Shown one piece after another: positions 7,817 to 16,908 of a stretch of DNA of 64,000 nucleotides. The position numbers were made by a program, and so were the translations under genes. The stretch spans positions 389,586-453,585 of the forward strand of contig JAFATB010000022.1 of NCBI GenBank assembly GCA_019244185.1, in the 5' to 3' direction. This DNA is from Acidobacteriota bacterium. Lineage in GTDB: Bacteria > Acidobacteriota > Thermoanaerobaculia > Gp7-AA8. The notes under the pieces are model-generated. The model was not told where the DNA came from. It saw only the letters and a list, made by a program, of their open reading frames with translations, and searched no databases. Each line of letters opens with the position of its first letter. The first letter of the stretch is position 1.

Positions 7817-9679
7817 ATGCGCTCAAGGGGATTCCTGTTCACGTTGGGATTGGTGTCTTTGTGCGCGGCACTGTCCGCGCAGCCGGTGCGGCCGCGGATT
7901 CCGGTGCTCGACGGGCCGGCCAGCGGGCAACGCACGATCAACCTGCCCGGAGGCGTGCCGCTCGTGCTCGAACGCGCGACGACCGCGTGCGCGGGCGGCG
8001 GGACGTGCTGGGTCGCGCGCGATCCGCTGACTTATCGGCAATGGTTCGCGATCATGGGCACGTCGCGCTTTCCCGACGTGGCGCCGCAGGAGCTCGATCG
8101 TCCGATCGAGTCGCTGACGCCGGCCGACGTCTCGGGCGACAAAGGCTTTCTCGCCGCGCTGGCGGCGTATCAGGAGAAGTTCCCCGGCGACGCGCCGATG
8201 AAGTTCGGCGGACCGGTCACACCGCTGCCGCAGGCACAGGCAAATAGCACCGGCGTGCACATCACCGCGACGATGGCCTCGAACAAGTCGCTGCAGCCGA
8301 TCACCGACGCCGCGTGCACGTTCGGCGGCGCGAGCGGCATCTCGTGCGGCCAGACGCGCTCCGGCTCGCTGTCCGTCTCCGACTGCACGCTCGGCGACGG
8401 CTCGTACGCGGACGTCTACTCCTTCAGCGGCACGTCCGGTGAGCAGGTGACGATCAACCTCTCGTCGACGGCCTTCGATACCTATCTCCTGCTCTACGAC
8501 CCGTCGGGAAGTCTGGCCATGACCGACGACGACAGCGGACCGGGTCTGAACTCGCAGATCGCGTACACGCTGACGGCGACCGGCACGTGGTACATCGTCG
8601 CGAACTCGCTGCACGCCGGCGACACCGGCGCGTACGACGTGCTGCTGAGCTGCGACAACGGCAACACGAACTGCAACGTCGGCACGACCTCGTGCGGCGC
8701 CACCGTCTCCGGCGCGCTGTCGACGTCCGACTGCCAGCTCAGCGATGGTTCGTATGTTGACTTCTATCAGTTCTCCGGCACGGCCGGCACGACGGTGACG
8801 ATCGATCTCTCGTCGAGCGCGTTCGACACCTACCTCGTGCTGCTCGATCCCAACGCCAACCTGGCCGCGTTCGACGACGACAGCGGCGGCGCGCTCAACT
8901 CGCGAATCGTCTACACGTTGACCAGTTCGGGGAACTGGGTCATCGGCGCGAACTCGCTGCACGGCGGCGCGACCGGCGGCTATTCGCTGCACACGAGTTG
9001 CGGCAACCCGACCTCGTCGTGCACATACACGCTCGGCAGCTCGTCGGCGTCGTACGGCTCGGGCGGCGGCAGCGGCAGCGTGCAGGTGAGCGGCTCGCCG
9101 TCGAACTGCACCGGCAGCTGGAGCAGCATCAGCAACGCCTCGTGGCTGGGCATCACCAGCGGCTCCGGCGGCTCCGGCGCGGGACCGTTCACGCTGAACT
9201 ACTCGGTCGGCTCGAACAGCTCGTCGTCGTCGCGCAACGGCTCGATGACCGTCGCCGGCCACACGTTCACGGTCACGCAGTCGGGGCAGTCGACCGGCGT
9301 CTGCACGCCGAGCTCGACGCGCGCGTGCCTGCTCAACGGACGCTTCGCCGCGACGGTGCGCTTCCGCGGCGGCTTCGACAACGGCTCGGCCGACACGAAC
9401 GCGTTCGTCAAATCGGTGAGCGGCTTCGCCAGCCCCAACTTCGAGACCGCGTTCTTCTACTTCAACAGCGACAACAACATCGAGATGCTGCTCAAGATGC
9501 TCGATCAGGGGAACACCGATGGCGCCGGACATCCGACCATCGCGGTGCTGTTCGGCACGGCAACGCCGCTGCGCATCGAGCTGTCGATCACCGATACGCA
9601 GACCGGCATCACGCGCACGTATTCGAGCGACTTCAGCGCGATGCGCGGCGTGACCGACTTCACCGCTTTCCTCAAGTGA
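7817..9679 (+). CDS. Secreted protein with two tandem pre-peptidase C-terminal (PPC) domains, a BACON/Ig-like domain and a C-terminal beta domain
   Basis: GGGAGG RBS before ATG 7817, signal peptide MRSRGFLFTLGLVSLCAALSAQP; two ~100-aa Cys-bounded repeats (CGQTRSGSLSVSDCTLGDGSY... and CGATVSGALSTSDCQLSDGSY...). Confidence 0.7.
   Translation: MRSRGFLFTLGLVSLCAALSAQPVRPRIPVLDGPASGQRTINLPGGVPLVLERATTACAGGGTCWVARDPLTYRQWFAIMGTSRFPDVAPQELDRPIESLTPADVSGDKGFLAALAAYQEKFPGDAPMKFGGPVTPLPQAQANSTGVHITATMASNKSLQPITDAACTFGGASGISCGQTRSGSLSVSDCTLGDGSYADVYSFSGTSGEQVTINLSSTAFDTYLLLYDPSGSLAMTDDDSGPGLNSQIAYTLTATGTWYIVANSLHAGDTGAYDVLLSCDNGNTNCNVGTTSCGATVSGALSTSDCQLSDGSYVDFYQFSGTAGTTVTIDLSSSAFDTYLVLLDPNANLAAFDDDSGGALNSRIVYTLTSSGNWVIGANSLHGGATGGYSLHTSCGNPTSSCTYTLGSSSASYGSGGGSGSVQVSGSPSNCTGSWSSISNASWLGITSGSGGSGAGPFTLNYSVGSNSSSSSRNGSMTVAGHTFTVTQSGQSTGVCTPSSTRACLLNGRFAATVRFRGGFDNGSADTNAFVKSVSGFASPNFETAFFYFNSDNNIEMLLKMLDQGNTDGAGHPTIAVLFGTATPLRIELSITDTQTGITRTYSSDFSAMRGVTDFTAFLK
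8345..9001 (+). repeat. Intragenic tandem duplication (~310 bp units, 8345-8653 and 8692-9001) encoding two PPC domains
   Basis: protein-level repeat with ~60% identity read directly from translation. Confidence 0.6.
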
Positions 9680-9697
9680 CCGATTTCGCGCATGACG

Positions 9698-9735
9698 TGG
9701 TCCCTCCGTTGCACTTACGTGCAGCGGAGGGACCA
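9698..9735 (+). promoter_or_regulatory. 17-bp stem / 4-nt loop hairpin (TGGTCCCTCCGTTGCAC-TTAC-GTGCAGCGGAGGGACCA) 19 nt after stop of upstream gene; 3' arm contains the GGAGGG Shine-Dalgarno and abuts the ATG of the next gene
   Basis: hand-paired, one G-U wobble, no U-tract. Confidence 0.45.
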
Positions 9736-10229
9736 TGGAAAGCAGAGCGAAACTCCTTGGACATCCCATTCACCAGATGCTGGTCGTGTTTCCGCTGGGG
9801 CTGCTGGCAACGTCGATCGTGTTCGACGTCATCGCGCTGCTGACGCATCACGCGGGCCTCGCGCTCGCGGCGTTCTACATGATCGCGGCGGGCGTCATCG
9901 GCGCTCTCGCCGCGGCGGTCTTCGGCCTCATCGACTTTCTCGCGATCCCGCACGGCACGCGCGCGCGTCGCGTCGGCACGCTGCACGGCATCGGCAACGT
10001 GATCGTCGTCGTGTTCTTCGCGGCGAGCTGGTTCATCCGCCGTCCCGATCCGTCGCATCCCGCGATTCTCGCGATCGTGTTGTCGGCCCTCGGCGCGGCG
10101 CTCAGCGGCGCGACGGCGTGGCTCGGCGGCGAGTTGGTCGATCGTCTCGGTGTCGGCGTCGACGACGGCGCGCACCTCGACGCTCCGAGCTCGCTGCGGC
10201 ACGAGACGGTGCACGCCCGCGAACGGTAA
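9735..10229 (+). CDS. Small integral membrane protein (DUF2231-like, 4 TM)
   Basis: hydrophobic helices LVVFPLGLLATSIVFDVIALL..., AAFYMIAAGVIGALAAAVFGLIDF. Confidence 0.55.
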   Translation: MESRAKLLGHPIHQMLVVFPLGLLATSIVFDVIALLTHHAGLALAAFYMIAAGVIGALAAAVFGLIDFLAIPHGTRARRVGTLHGIGNVIVVVFFAASWFIRRPDPSHPAILAIVLSALGAALSGATAWLGGELVDRLGVGVDDGAHLDAPSSLRHETVHARER

Positions 10230-10247
10230 CGGCGTATAAAGAGCGGG

Positions 10248-10991
10248 ATGCGTCCGCGTCCCGCTCTGCTCGTCCTCCTTCTGCTGCTCGCATGGCCGCT
10301 GCACGCGCAGACGCCCGGTGACGATCTCCTCGCGATCCAGGACAACAGCTTTCTCGCCGAGGAGGCGTACAACCAGGATCCGGGGGTCGTGCAGCACATC
10401 AGCCTCTTCACGCGCGATCGCGACAGCGGCGACTGGGTCTACACGTTCACGCAGGAATGGCCGGCGCCGTCGCTGCGGCATCAGCTGAGCTACTCGATTC
10501 CGTACGCGCATCCCGCCGGCACGGGCAACATCGCCCTCAACTACCGCTACCAACTCCTCGGCGACAGCAAGTCGACGCTGGCCATCGCACCGCGTCTCAC
10601 GCTGCTGCTGCCGAACGGCGACAACGAGCGCGGCGTGCAGGTGATGCTGCCGATCAGCCGCGTGCTCACGTCGCGCGCGATCGCGCATACCGACGTCGGC
10701 GCGACGTGGATCGCGCACGGCGGCGGAATGCAGCTCAATCTCGCGCAGAGCTTCATCTACGCGATCCACCATCGCGCACAGCTGATGCTCGAAGCGGCGT
10801 ACTCGGGCGGCGGCAACGGCGGCGACTCGTTCGTCGTCAGTCCCGGTGTGCGTTGGTCGTATGACTTCACGAGCGGCCTGCAGATCGTGCCCGGTGTCGG
10901 CGTCCCGATCGGCGTCGGTCCGAGCCACGGCAGCGACGCTGTGCTGCTGTATCTCAGCTTCGAGCATCCGTTCCGGCACACGGGGTCGTGA
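10248..10991 (+). CDS. Signal-peptide protein, probable outer-membrane beta-barrel (MetA-pathway-like OMP)
   Basis: MRPRPALLVLLLLLAWPLHAQ signal peptide; alternating amphipathic strands, C-terminal aromatic residue region. Confidence 0.5.
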   Translation: MRPRPALLVLLLLLAWPLHAQTPGDDLLAIQDNSFLAEEAYNQDPGVVQHISLFTRDRDSGDWVYTFTQEWPAPSLRHQLSYSIPYAHPAGTGNIALNYRYQLLGDSKSTLAIAPRLTLLLPNGDNERGVQVMLPISRVLTSRAIAHTDVGATWIAHGGGMQLNLAQSFIYAIHHRAQLMLEAAYSGGGNGGDSFVVSPGVRWSYDFTSGLQIVPGVGVPIGVGPSHGSDAVLLYLSFEHPFRHTGS

Positions 10992-11018
10992 CGCGCTGGC
11001 GATGCTGCGCGAGCGGGC

Positions 11019-11618
11019 GTGCTAGATTCGCCGGCGGTGAGAATCGCCGTCTCGGGCAGCCATTGCTCAGGAAAGAGCACCCTGATCGAGGACTTTGTCG
11101 CCGTTCACCGCGAATACGTTCACGAGCCGGAACCGTGCGAGTGGCTGGAGGACTTGTACGGTGAGCCGCTCCCCGCGGAACCCACGGCCGCCGACTTCCG
11201 CCGGCAACTGGAGATCTCGGTCGAGCGTCTGCAGCAATATGCGTCGAACACAGAGGTCATCTTCGAGCGAAGCGCTGTCGATTTCGTCGCGTACCTGCTC
11301 GCGCTGAACGATCTGGGCCGCTCCGCTCGCGATTGCGAGCTAATCGAGTCGTCGGCCGATCTCGCCGCGGCAGGCATGGCCCACATCGATCTGCTCGTCG
11401 TCCTGCCGCTGGACGACAGAGACGGAATCGTGGTGCCGGAATCGGAAGACCCGGAGCTCCGCGAAGCGATGAATCAGCGGCTCCTGGAGCTCGTCACGGA
11501 AGACCAGCATGCACTGTTCGGGAGCGGCCGTACGCGCATCCTCGAGGTCCGCGGCACACGAAGCGAGCGTCTCCGCACGCTTGAAAAAGCGCTTCGCGCA
11601 CGCGCGGGCGCGGCCTAG
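11019..11618 (+). CDS. P-loop NTPase (AAA_28-like ATPase)
   Basis: GTG start; Walker A VSGSHCSGKSTL, Walker B-like IDLLVVLPLDD. Confidence 0.6.
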   Translation: MLDSPAVRIAVSGSHCSGKSTLIEDFVAVHREYVHEPEPCEWLEDLYGEPLPAEPTAADFRRQLEISVERLQQYASNTEVIFERSAVDFVAYLLALNDLGRSARDCELIESSADLAAAGMAHIDLLVVLPLDDRDGIVVPESEDPELREAMNQRLLELVTEDQHALFGSGRTRILEVRGTRSERLRTLEKALRARAGAA

Positions 11619-12271
11619 CCGCGGTGGCGCGTCTCGAACAACCGCCGCCCCGCCACGACCGAGTCGTTCGGGAGCGGCACCGGGTCGCCGACGCGTAGTG
11701 CCTCGATGTACACGCGGGCGCACGACTCCATCACGATGGCCAAGTGCAGCGCTTCGTCGAGCGTGCGGCCGACGCAGACGTTGCCGTGGTTCGCGAGCAG
11801 CACGGCCGTCCGGTCGCGCAGCGTCCGCACGACGTTCGTGCCGACGGCGTCCGTGCCGGTGAGGGCGTAGTCGGCCACTTCGACCGGGCCGCCGAAGTAC
11901 ACCATCATCTCGTCGATGATCGGCGGGAGCGGGCGGCGGAGCACGGAGAGCGTGGTGACGTACGGCGCGTGCGTGTGCACGATGGCGTGGATGTCGGGGC
12001 GCGAGCGGTAGACGGCGAGATGCATCGGCAGCTCGTACGACGGCGCGTGTGAGGCCTCGACGGTTTCGCCGGTGTGCAGGTCCACGATGCTCACCGCATC
12101 TTCGTGCAGGATGTTGTACGCGACGGAGGTCGGCGTGATGGCGAGGTGATCGGCGCCGATGCGGCGGCTGACGTTGCCGGCCGACCCGACGACGAGTCCG
12201 GCCTCGTGCATCTTCTTCGCGTGCAGGCAGACGTCGCGGCGCGCTTCGTTCCAGCTGTCGTTGCGGTCCAT
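11615..12271 (-). CDS. Class II aldolase/adducin-family protein (L-fuculose-phosphate aldolase-like)
   Basis: GLVVGSAGNVSRR, metal-binding His motifs HTHAPY..., LLANHGNVCVG; ORF track start extended, ATG at 12271. Confidence 0.8.
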   Translation of the reverse strand: MDRNDSWNEARRDVCLHAKKMHEAGLVVGSAGNVSRRIGADHLAITPTSVAYNILHEDAVSIVDLHTGETVEASHAPSYELPMHLAVYRSRPDIHAIVHTHAPYVTTLSVLRRPLPPIIDEMMVYFGGPVEVADYALTGTDAVGTNVVRTLRDRTAVLLANHGNVCVGRTLDEALHLAIVMESCARVYIEALRVGDPVPLPNDSVVAGRRLFETRHRG

Positions 12272-13691
12272 GCTCCGGAGTGTATCGCTCGGGCTAGACT
12301 GTCGCGTGCATCTGCTGCATCTCTTCGACCTCTCGCTCGTCGCGCGGGCGGACGAGCCGGCGCTGGAGTGGGCGGGGGCCACGTACACGTTCGGCGAGCT
12401 CGAGGCGCGCAGCAATCGCGTCGCGCACGCGCTTGCGGCGCGCGGCTTGGTCGCCGGTGACCGGCTCTGCGTCTACCTCGCGAACCGCATCGAGCTGATC
12501 GATCTCTACCTCGCGTGCGTCAAGCTCGGCGTGCTGTTCGTGCCGATCAACATCCTCTACCGCGAGCGTGAGATCGCGCACATCACCGGCGACGCGGAGC
12601 CGCGCGCGACGTTCACCGCGGACGAGCTACCCGCGCTGTACGCGGAAGCGGAGAGGCAGTCGACCACGCGACCGTCGACGCCGCTCGATCGCGACACGCC
12701 CGCGGCGATCGTTTACACGTCGGGCACGACCGGCGCTTCGAAGGGCGCGATCCTCACGCACGGCAACTTCGTGGTGAACGCCGTCAACCTCACGACGCTG
12801 TGGCAGATCACCGCGCGCGACCGCTTCCTTCTCGCGCTCCCGCTCTTCCACATCCACGCCCTCGGCAACGGCCTCCATACGTGGCTCGCCAGCGGCTGCC
12901 GCATGCGTCTCCTGGAACGCTTCGACCACCGCATCGCGATCGACGAATTTCTCGACTTCGCGCCGACGCTCTTCTTCGGCGTGCCCACGGTCTACGTCCG
13001 GCTGCTCGAGACGACACCGGAGGTCGCGCGGACCATCGGCGCGCGCATGCGTCTCTTCGTCTCCGGCTCCGCGCCGCTGCCGGCGCAAACGCTCGAAGAC
13101 TTTCGCGCGCGCTTCGGCCACACGATCCTCGAACGCTACGGCATGACCGAGACGTTCATGAACTGCAGCAATCCGTACGCGGGGGAGCGGCGCGCGGGCA
13201 CGGTCGGCGTACCGCTGCCCGGCGTCGCGACGCGCATCGAAGACGGCGAGCTCCTCGTGCGCGGCCCGAACGTCTTCGCCGGCTACTGGCGGCGTCCCGA
13301 AGCCACCGCCGCCGCGTTCACGAGTGACGGCTTTTTCCGCACCGGCGATCTCGCCACCGTTTCCTCCGACGGCTACGTCACGCTCCTCGGCCGCAGGTCC
13401 GATCTCATCATCTCCGGCGGCTTCAACATCTATCCGCGCGAGATCGAAGAGCTGCTGCTCGAACAGGCGGGCGTGCGCGAGGCCGCGGTCTGCGCGCGGC
13501 CGGACGCATTGCGCGGCGAGGTGCCGGCGGCGTATCTCGTCGGCGACTTCGATCCGGACGCGCTCGAACGCGTCTGCCGCGAACAGCTCGCGTCGTTCAA
13601 GGTGCCGCGGGCGTTCGTGCGAGTCGATGCGATTCCGCGGACGGCGCTCGGGAAGGTGCAGAAGCACTTGCTCGCCGCGGATGCCAAGTGA
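12270..13691 (+). CDS. AMP-dependent synthetase/ligase (acyl-CoA synthetase family)
   Basis: IVYTSGTTGASKGA AMP-binding motif, YGMTET, C-terminal IPRTALGKVQK; start uncertain (ATG 12270 or GTG 12306). Confidence 0.8.
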   Translation: MLRSVSLGLDCRVHLLHLFDLSLVARADEPALEWAGATYTFGELEARSNRVAHALAARGLVAGDRLCVYLANRIELIDLYLACVKLGVLFVPINILYREREIAHITGDAEPRATFTADELPALYAEAERQSTTRPSTPLDRDTPAAIVYTSGTTGASKGAILTHGNFVVNAVNLTTLWQITARDRFLLALPLFHIHALGNGLHTWLASGCRMRLLERFDHRIAIDEFLDFAPTLFFGVPTVYVRLLETTPEVARTIGARMRLFVSGSAPLPAQTLEDFRARFGHTILERYGMTETFMNCSNPYAGERRAGTVGVPLPGVATRIEDGELLVRGPNVFAGYWRRPEATAAAFTSDGFFRTGDLATVSSDGYVTLLGRRSDLIISGGFNIYPREIEELLLEQAGVREAAVCARPDALRGEVPAAYLVGDFDPDALERVCREQLASFKVPRAFVRVDAIPRTALGKVQKHLLAADAK

Positions 13692-14376
13692 CGAGAATCC
13701 CGCCGCCGCCGCGCACGACGACCGGCGACACCGCGAACGCGACGTTCGTCTTCGCGACCGTATGCCCGACGAACGTGCCGATCGCGGCGCCCGCGACGAC
13801 GTCCGACGTCCAGTGCGCGTCGTGGTAGACGCGCGCGAACGCGACTCCGCCGGCGATGCCGTACGCCGCGCGTTTCATCCACGGCCGCGACGCGTGCTCC
13901 GCGACGACCGACGCGAGCGTGAACGCTTCGGCCGCGTGATTCGACGGGAACGACTGGTCGCCGCCGTTTGGCCGCGTACGGTCGGTCAACTGCTTGACCA
14001 CCGGGACGATCGCGTGTGACGCGAGGAGACTGGCCACGAACGCGTCGAAGGCGATCGACTTCGCCGTCGCGTTTTTCGCCGCGAGGCCGTAGAGCAGAAC
14101 GCCGGCGATGACTTTGTCGGAGTCGCCGCCGCCGAGCGGTTCGACCGCGTCCGCAATGCGGTCGAGCGCCCGCGATTGGTTGTTGCGCGCGATCCGTGCG
14201 ACCTCGTCGTCGACGAGCAATGCCGCGCCGGTCGCGGCGACGGCGATCGCGGCGCTCTTCAGCCGCGGGCCGTGCGCGACGGCGACGACGTCGTGCGCCG
14301 CGCGTTTCGTGTAGAGCTTCGCGCTGGCGCAGCCGAAGGTGAGAGAGGCGAGGAGGACGACGGCGAGCGCGCGCAC
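13597..14376 (-). CDS. PAP2-family phosphatase, lipoprotein-type signal
   Basis: KQLTDRTRP, PSNHA, YHDAHWTSDV tripartite PAP2 motifs; 95-nt convergent overlap with upstream ligase gene. Confidence 0.7.
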   Translation of the reverse strand: MRALAVVLLASLTFGCASAKLYTKRAAHDVVAVAHGPRLKSAAIAVAATGAALLVDDEVARIARNNQSRALDRIADAVEPLGGGDSDKVIAGVLLYGLAAKNATAKSIAFDAFVASLLASHAIVPVVKQLTDRTRPNGGDQSFPSNHAAEAFTLASVVAEHASRPWMKRAAYGIAGGVAFARVYHDAHWTSDVVAGAAIGTFVGHTVAKTNVAFAVSPVVVRGGGGILVTWHPRRASASAPSRAPSAESHRLARTPAAP

Positions 14377-14385
14377 GTCCGTAGT

Positions 14386-14919
14386 CTACGGCTCCGCGAA
14401 CGCGGCGCGGATGCGCTCTTTCGGCGGCAGCGGTGGCCACATGCGGAAGACCCGCAGGAGGCGGTGGCCGGTGATCCGCTCGCGGAAGTAGCGCTCGTGC
14501 TCCCACTCGACCTCCGCCATCATCAGCAGCGGCTCGAGCATCGACTCGCGTCCGGCCGCGCGCGCGAGCCGGGCCGCGTCTTCGTACTCGTTCACGTTCC
14601 AGCGCTCGAGCCGTCCCGCGCCGTACATCGGGATGAACCAGCCTCCGATGTGGCAGAGCAGGCCGATCGTGCGGCCGATGCACCAGAACGCGATCTCGCG
14701 GCGCATGCTCGGCTTCGCGCCGAGCTCCGCGAGCAGCCCGCGCACGAGCGCGCGGTGATGCCATTCCTCCGCCTCGATCGTGCGGATGCGCTCGCGCTCA
14801 TCGGCGCGGCGGACGCTCTTCCAGTGGCCGCGATAGGCGAAGCCGGCGGCGAGCTCGCCGGAGCAGGCGCTGCGCAGCACGCGAACGAGCTCGGTCGCCG
14901 GATCGGGTGCGTTCGCCAT
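14386..14919 (-). CDS. Ferritin-like di-iron carboxylate domain protein
   Basis: two ExxH motifs (EAEEWHH, EVEWEHERYF). Confidence 0.55.
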   Translation of the reverse strand: MANAPDPATELVRVLRSACSGELAAGFAYRGHWKSVRRADERERIRTIEAEEWHHRALVRGLLAELGAKPSMRREIAFWCIGRTIGLLCHIGGWFIPMYGAGRLERWNVNEYEDAARLARAAGRESMLEPLLMMAEVEWEHERYFRERITGHRLLRVFRMWPPLPPKERIRAAFAEP

Positions 14920-14975
14920 GCGCCGGTAGTGTACGCGCGGTGAAACTCCTCCCGCGCCGCGACGTAGTGACGCGC

Positions 14976-16211
14976 ATGGTCACGCGCCTGCGTCGTCTGC
15001 TCGTGGTGTGCTCGCTCGTCGTGTCGCTCGCCGCTCCCGTCTTCGCGGACGAGCGCGCGGATCTCTGGAACGCCGATCTGCGCGCGTTGCAGACGCAGCT
15101 CGAGGACGTGCATCCGCGCTTCAGCGGCTGCGGCCTGCCGGCGGAACTACGGCAGGAGTTCGCGGCCGTCGCGGCGAAGGTCAACACGTTGACCGACGCG
15201 CAAATCGTGGTCGAGCTGCAGCGGCTCCTCGCGCGCGTGGGCGACGGGCACACGCTGGTGTGGCCGTTCGGCATGCAACGCGGCGCCTTGCAGCGGCTTC
15301 CGCTCGGGCTGTGGCAGTTCGAGGAAGGTCTCTACGTCGTCCGCGCGGACGACGCGGCGCTCGTCGGGCATCGCGTGACGCGCATCGGCGCGCTCTCCGC
15401 CGACGACGCGCTCGCGAAGCTCGAGCCGTTCATCAGCCACGACAACGAGCAGCAGTTCCGCTGGGCAGCGCCGCTCTATCTGACGTTCACCGACTTCCTC
15501 GTCGCCATCGGCGCGACCTCCGATCGCAACGCCGTCGCGCTGCAGCTCGACGACGGACGCGACGTGCAACTGGCGTCGGTGCCCGTCCGCGCGCAGGATC
15601 TCGAGACGAAGCTCACCGCTCCGCCCGCGCCGTTCGTCGCGGCGCCGTATCTCGCGCGTCGCGACGAGAAGTTCCGCAGCCAGACGCTCGCGTCGGGCGC
15701 GCTGTACGTGCAGGTCAACGCGATCGACGACGACGGCCCGCGCACGCTCGACGCCTTCGCGCGCGAGCTGCGGCCGCTGCTCGCGAAAACGGATCGCGCG
15801 ATCCTCGACCTGCGTCTCGACAACGGCGGAGAGGCGAGCAAGGCCAACGAGCTGCTCGAGTCGCTCATCGCGTTCGACGTTCGCGGCGGACATATCGCGG
15901 TGCTCACGAGCCGCATGACCTTCTCCGCCGCGCAGACGCTCGCCACGCGGCTCGACGAATGGACGAACGCGATCTTCATCGGCGAGGCCACCGGCTCGCG
16001 GCCGAATCACTACGGCAACGAGCGGCCGTTTCGTCTGCCGGGTTCCGGCGTGCGCGGCACGATCTCGTCAGGCTTCAACCAGCCCGTCACCGCGCGCGAC
16101 GAGCGGACCACGATCGCGCCCGACGTGGCGGTCCCGATGCGCGCGGCCGATTACTTCCGCGGCGCCGATCCGGTGCTCGCCGCGGCGTCGCACGCATTAA
16201 GCCGGCGCTAA
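14976..16211 (+). CDS. Secreted peptidase S41-family protein (tail-specific protease-like)
   Basis: signal peptide MVTRLRRLLVVCSLVVSLAAPVFA; LTSRMTFSAAQTL catalytic Ser region. Confidence 0.6.
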   Translation: MVTRLRRLLVVCSLVVSLAAPVFADERADLWNADLRALQTQLEDVHPRFSGCGLPAELRQEFAAVAAKVNTLTDAQIVVELQRLLARVGDGHTLVWPFGMQRGALQRLPLGLWQFEEGLYVVRADDAALVGHRVTRIGALSADDALAKLEPFISHDNEQQFRWAAPLYLTFTDFLVAIGATSDRNAVALQLDDGRDVQLASVPVRAQDLETKLTAPPAPFVAAPYLARRDEKFRSQTLASGALYVQVNAIDDDGPRTLDAFARELRPLLAKTDRAILDLRLDNGGEASKANELLESLIAFDVRGGHIAVLTSRMTFSAAQTLATRLDEWTNAIFIGEATGSRPNHYGNERPFRLPGSGVRGTISSGFNQPVTARDERTTIAPDVAVPMRAADYFRGADPVLAAASHALSRR

Positions 16212-16900
16212 GCCGCTTCCTCGTTCCGCTGATCGCTGGTGATGCGGCCGTCGCGGATCTCGACGATGCGGCTGGCGCGTTTCGCGAGCGCGGGATCGTG
16301 CGTGATGATCACGAGCGTGCGTCCCGCTTTCCAGAGGTCCGTGAAGATCGACATGATGTCCGTGCCGGAGCTCGTGTCGAGGTTTCCGGTCGGCTCGTCG
16401 GCGAGGATGATGTCGGGATTCATCGCCAGCGCGCGCGCGATGGCGACGCGCTGCATCTGGCCGCCGGAGAGCTCGGTCGGCTTGTGATCGAGGCGCTCGC
16501 CGAGGCCGACGCGCGTCAGCAGCTCGACGGCGCGGTCGCGGCGCTCGCGCACGGCGACGCCGCCGAAGAGCATCGGCAGCTCCACGTTCTCGACGATGGT
16601 GATGTGCGGCAGCAGGTTGAAGTTCTGGAAGACGAATCCGACGCGGCGGTTGCGGATCTCGGCGAGCTGGTCGCGCGTGACGCCGGCCACGTTATCGCCG
16701 CCGATCTCGTAGATCCCTTCGCTCGGCGTGTCGAGGCAGCCGATGAGGTTCATCAGCGTCGATTTGCCGGAGCCGGACGGGCCGACGATGGCCACGAGCT
16801 CGCCGGCATCGACGTCGAGGTCGATGCCTTTGAGTGCTTCCACCTTCACCTTGCCGGTGTCGTAGATCTTGCGGATGCCTTCCATGCGGATGATGGACAT
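16208..16900 (-). CDS. ABC transporter ATP-binding protein (MacB/LolD/DevA type)
   Basis: Walker A GPSGSGKST, signature LSGGQMQRVAIARAL, Walker B ILADEPTG; 230 aa from MSIIRMEG. Confidence 0.9.
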   Translation of the reverse strand: MSIIRMEGIRKIYDTGKVKVEALKGIDLDVDAGELVAIVGPSGSGKSTLMNLIGCLDTPSEGIYEIGGDNVAGVTRDQLAEIRNRRVGFVFQNFNLLPHITIVENVELPMLFGGVAVRERRDRAVELLTRVGLGERLDHKPTELSGGQMQRVAIARALAMNPDIILADEPTGNLDTSSGTDIMSIFTDLWKAGRTLVIITHDPALAKRASRIVEIRDGRITSDQRNEEAA

Positions 16901-16908
16901 CGGTTCTC

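Noticed and set aside
12270-12271. Apparent 2-nt overlap of divergent start codons of the aldolase (minus) and AMP-ligase (plus) genes
   Set aside because: More likely the ligase starts at the in-frame GTG 12306 (…VHLLHLFDL…). I kept the ATG coordinate but with reduced confidence rather than interpreting a shared bidirectional start.
13597-13691. 95-nt convergent overlap between PAP2 gene and AMP-ligase gene (and 107-nt overlap at 38945-39051)
   Set aside because: Probably real but uninformative. High GC delays stop codons, so long convergent overlaps are common. There is no evidence for a frameshift or mis-called stop.
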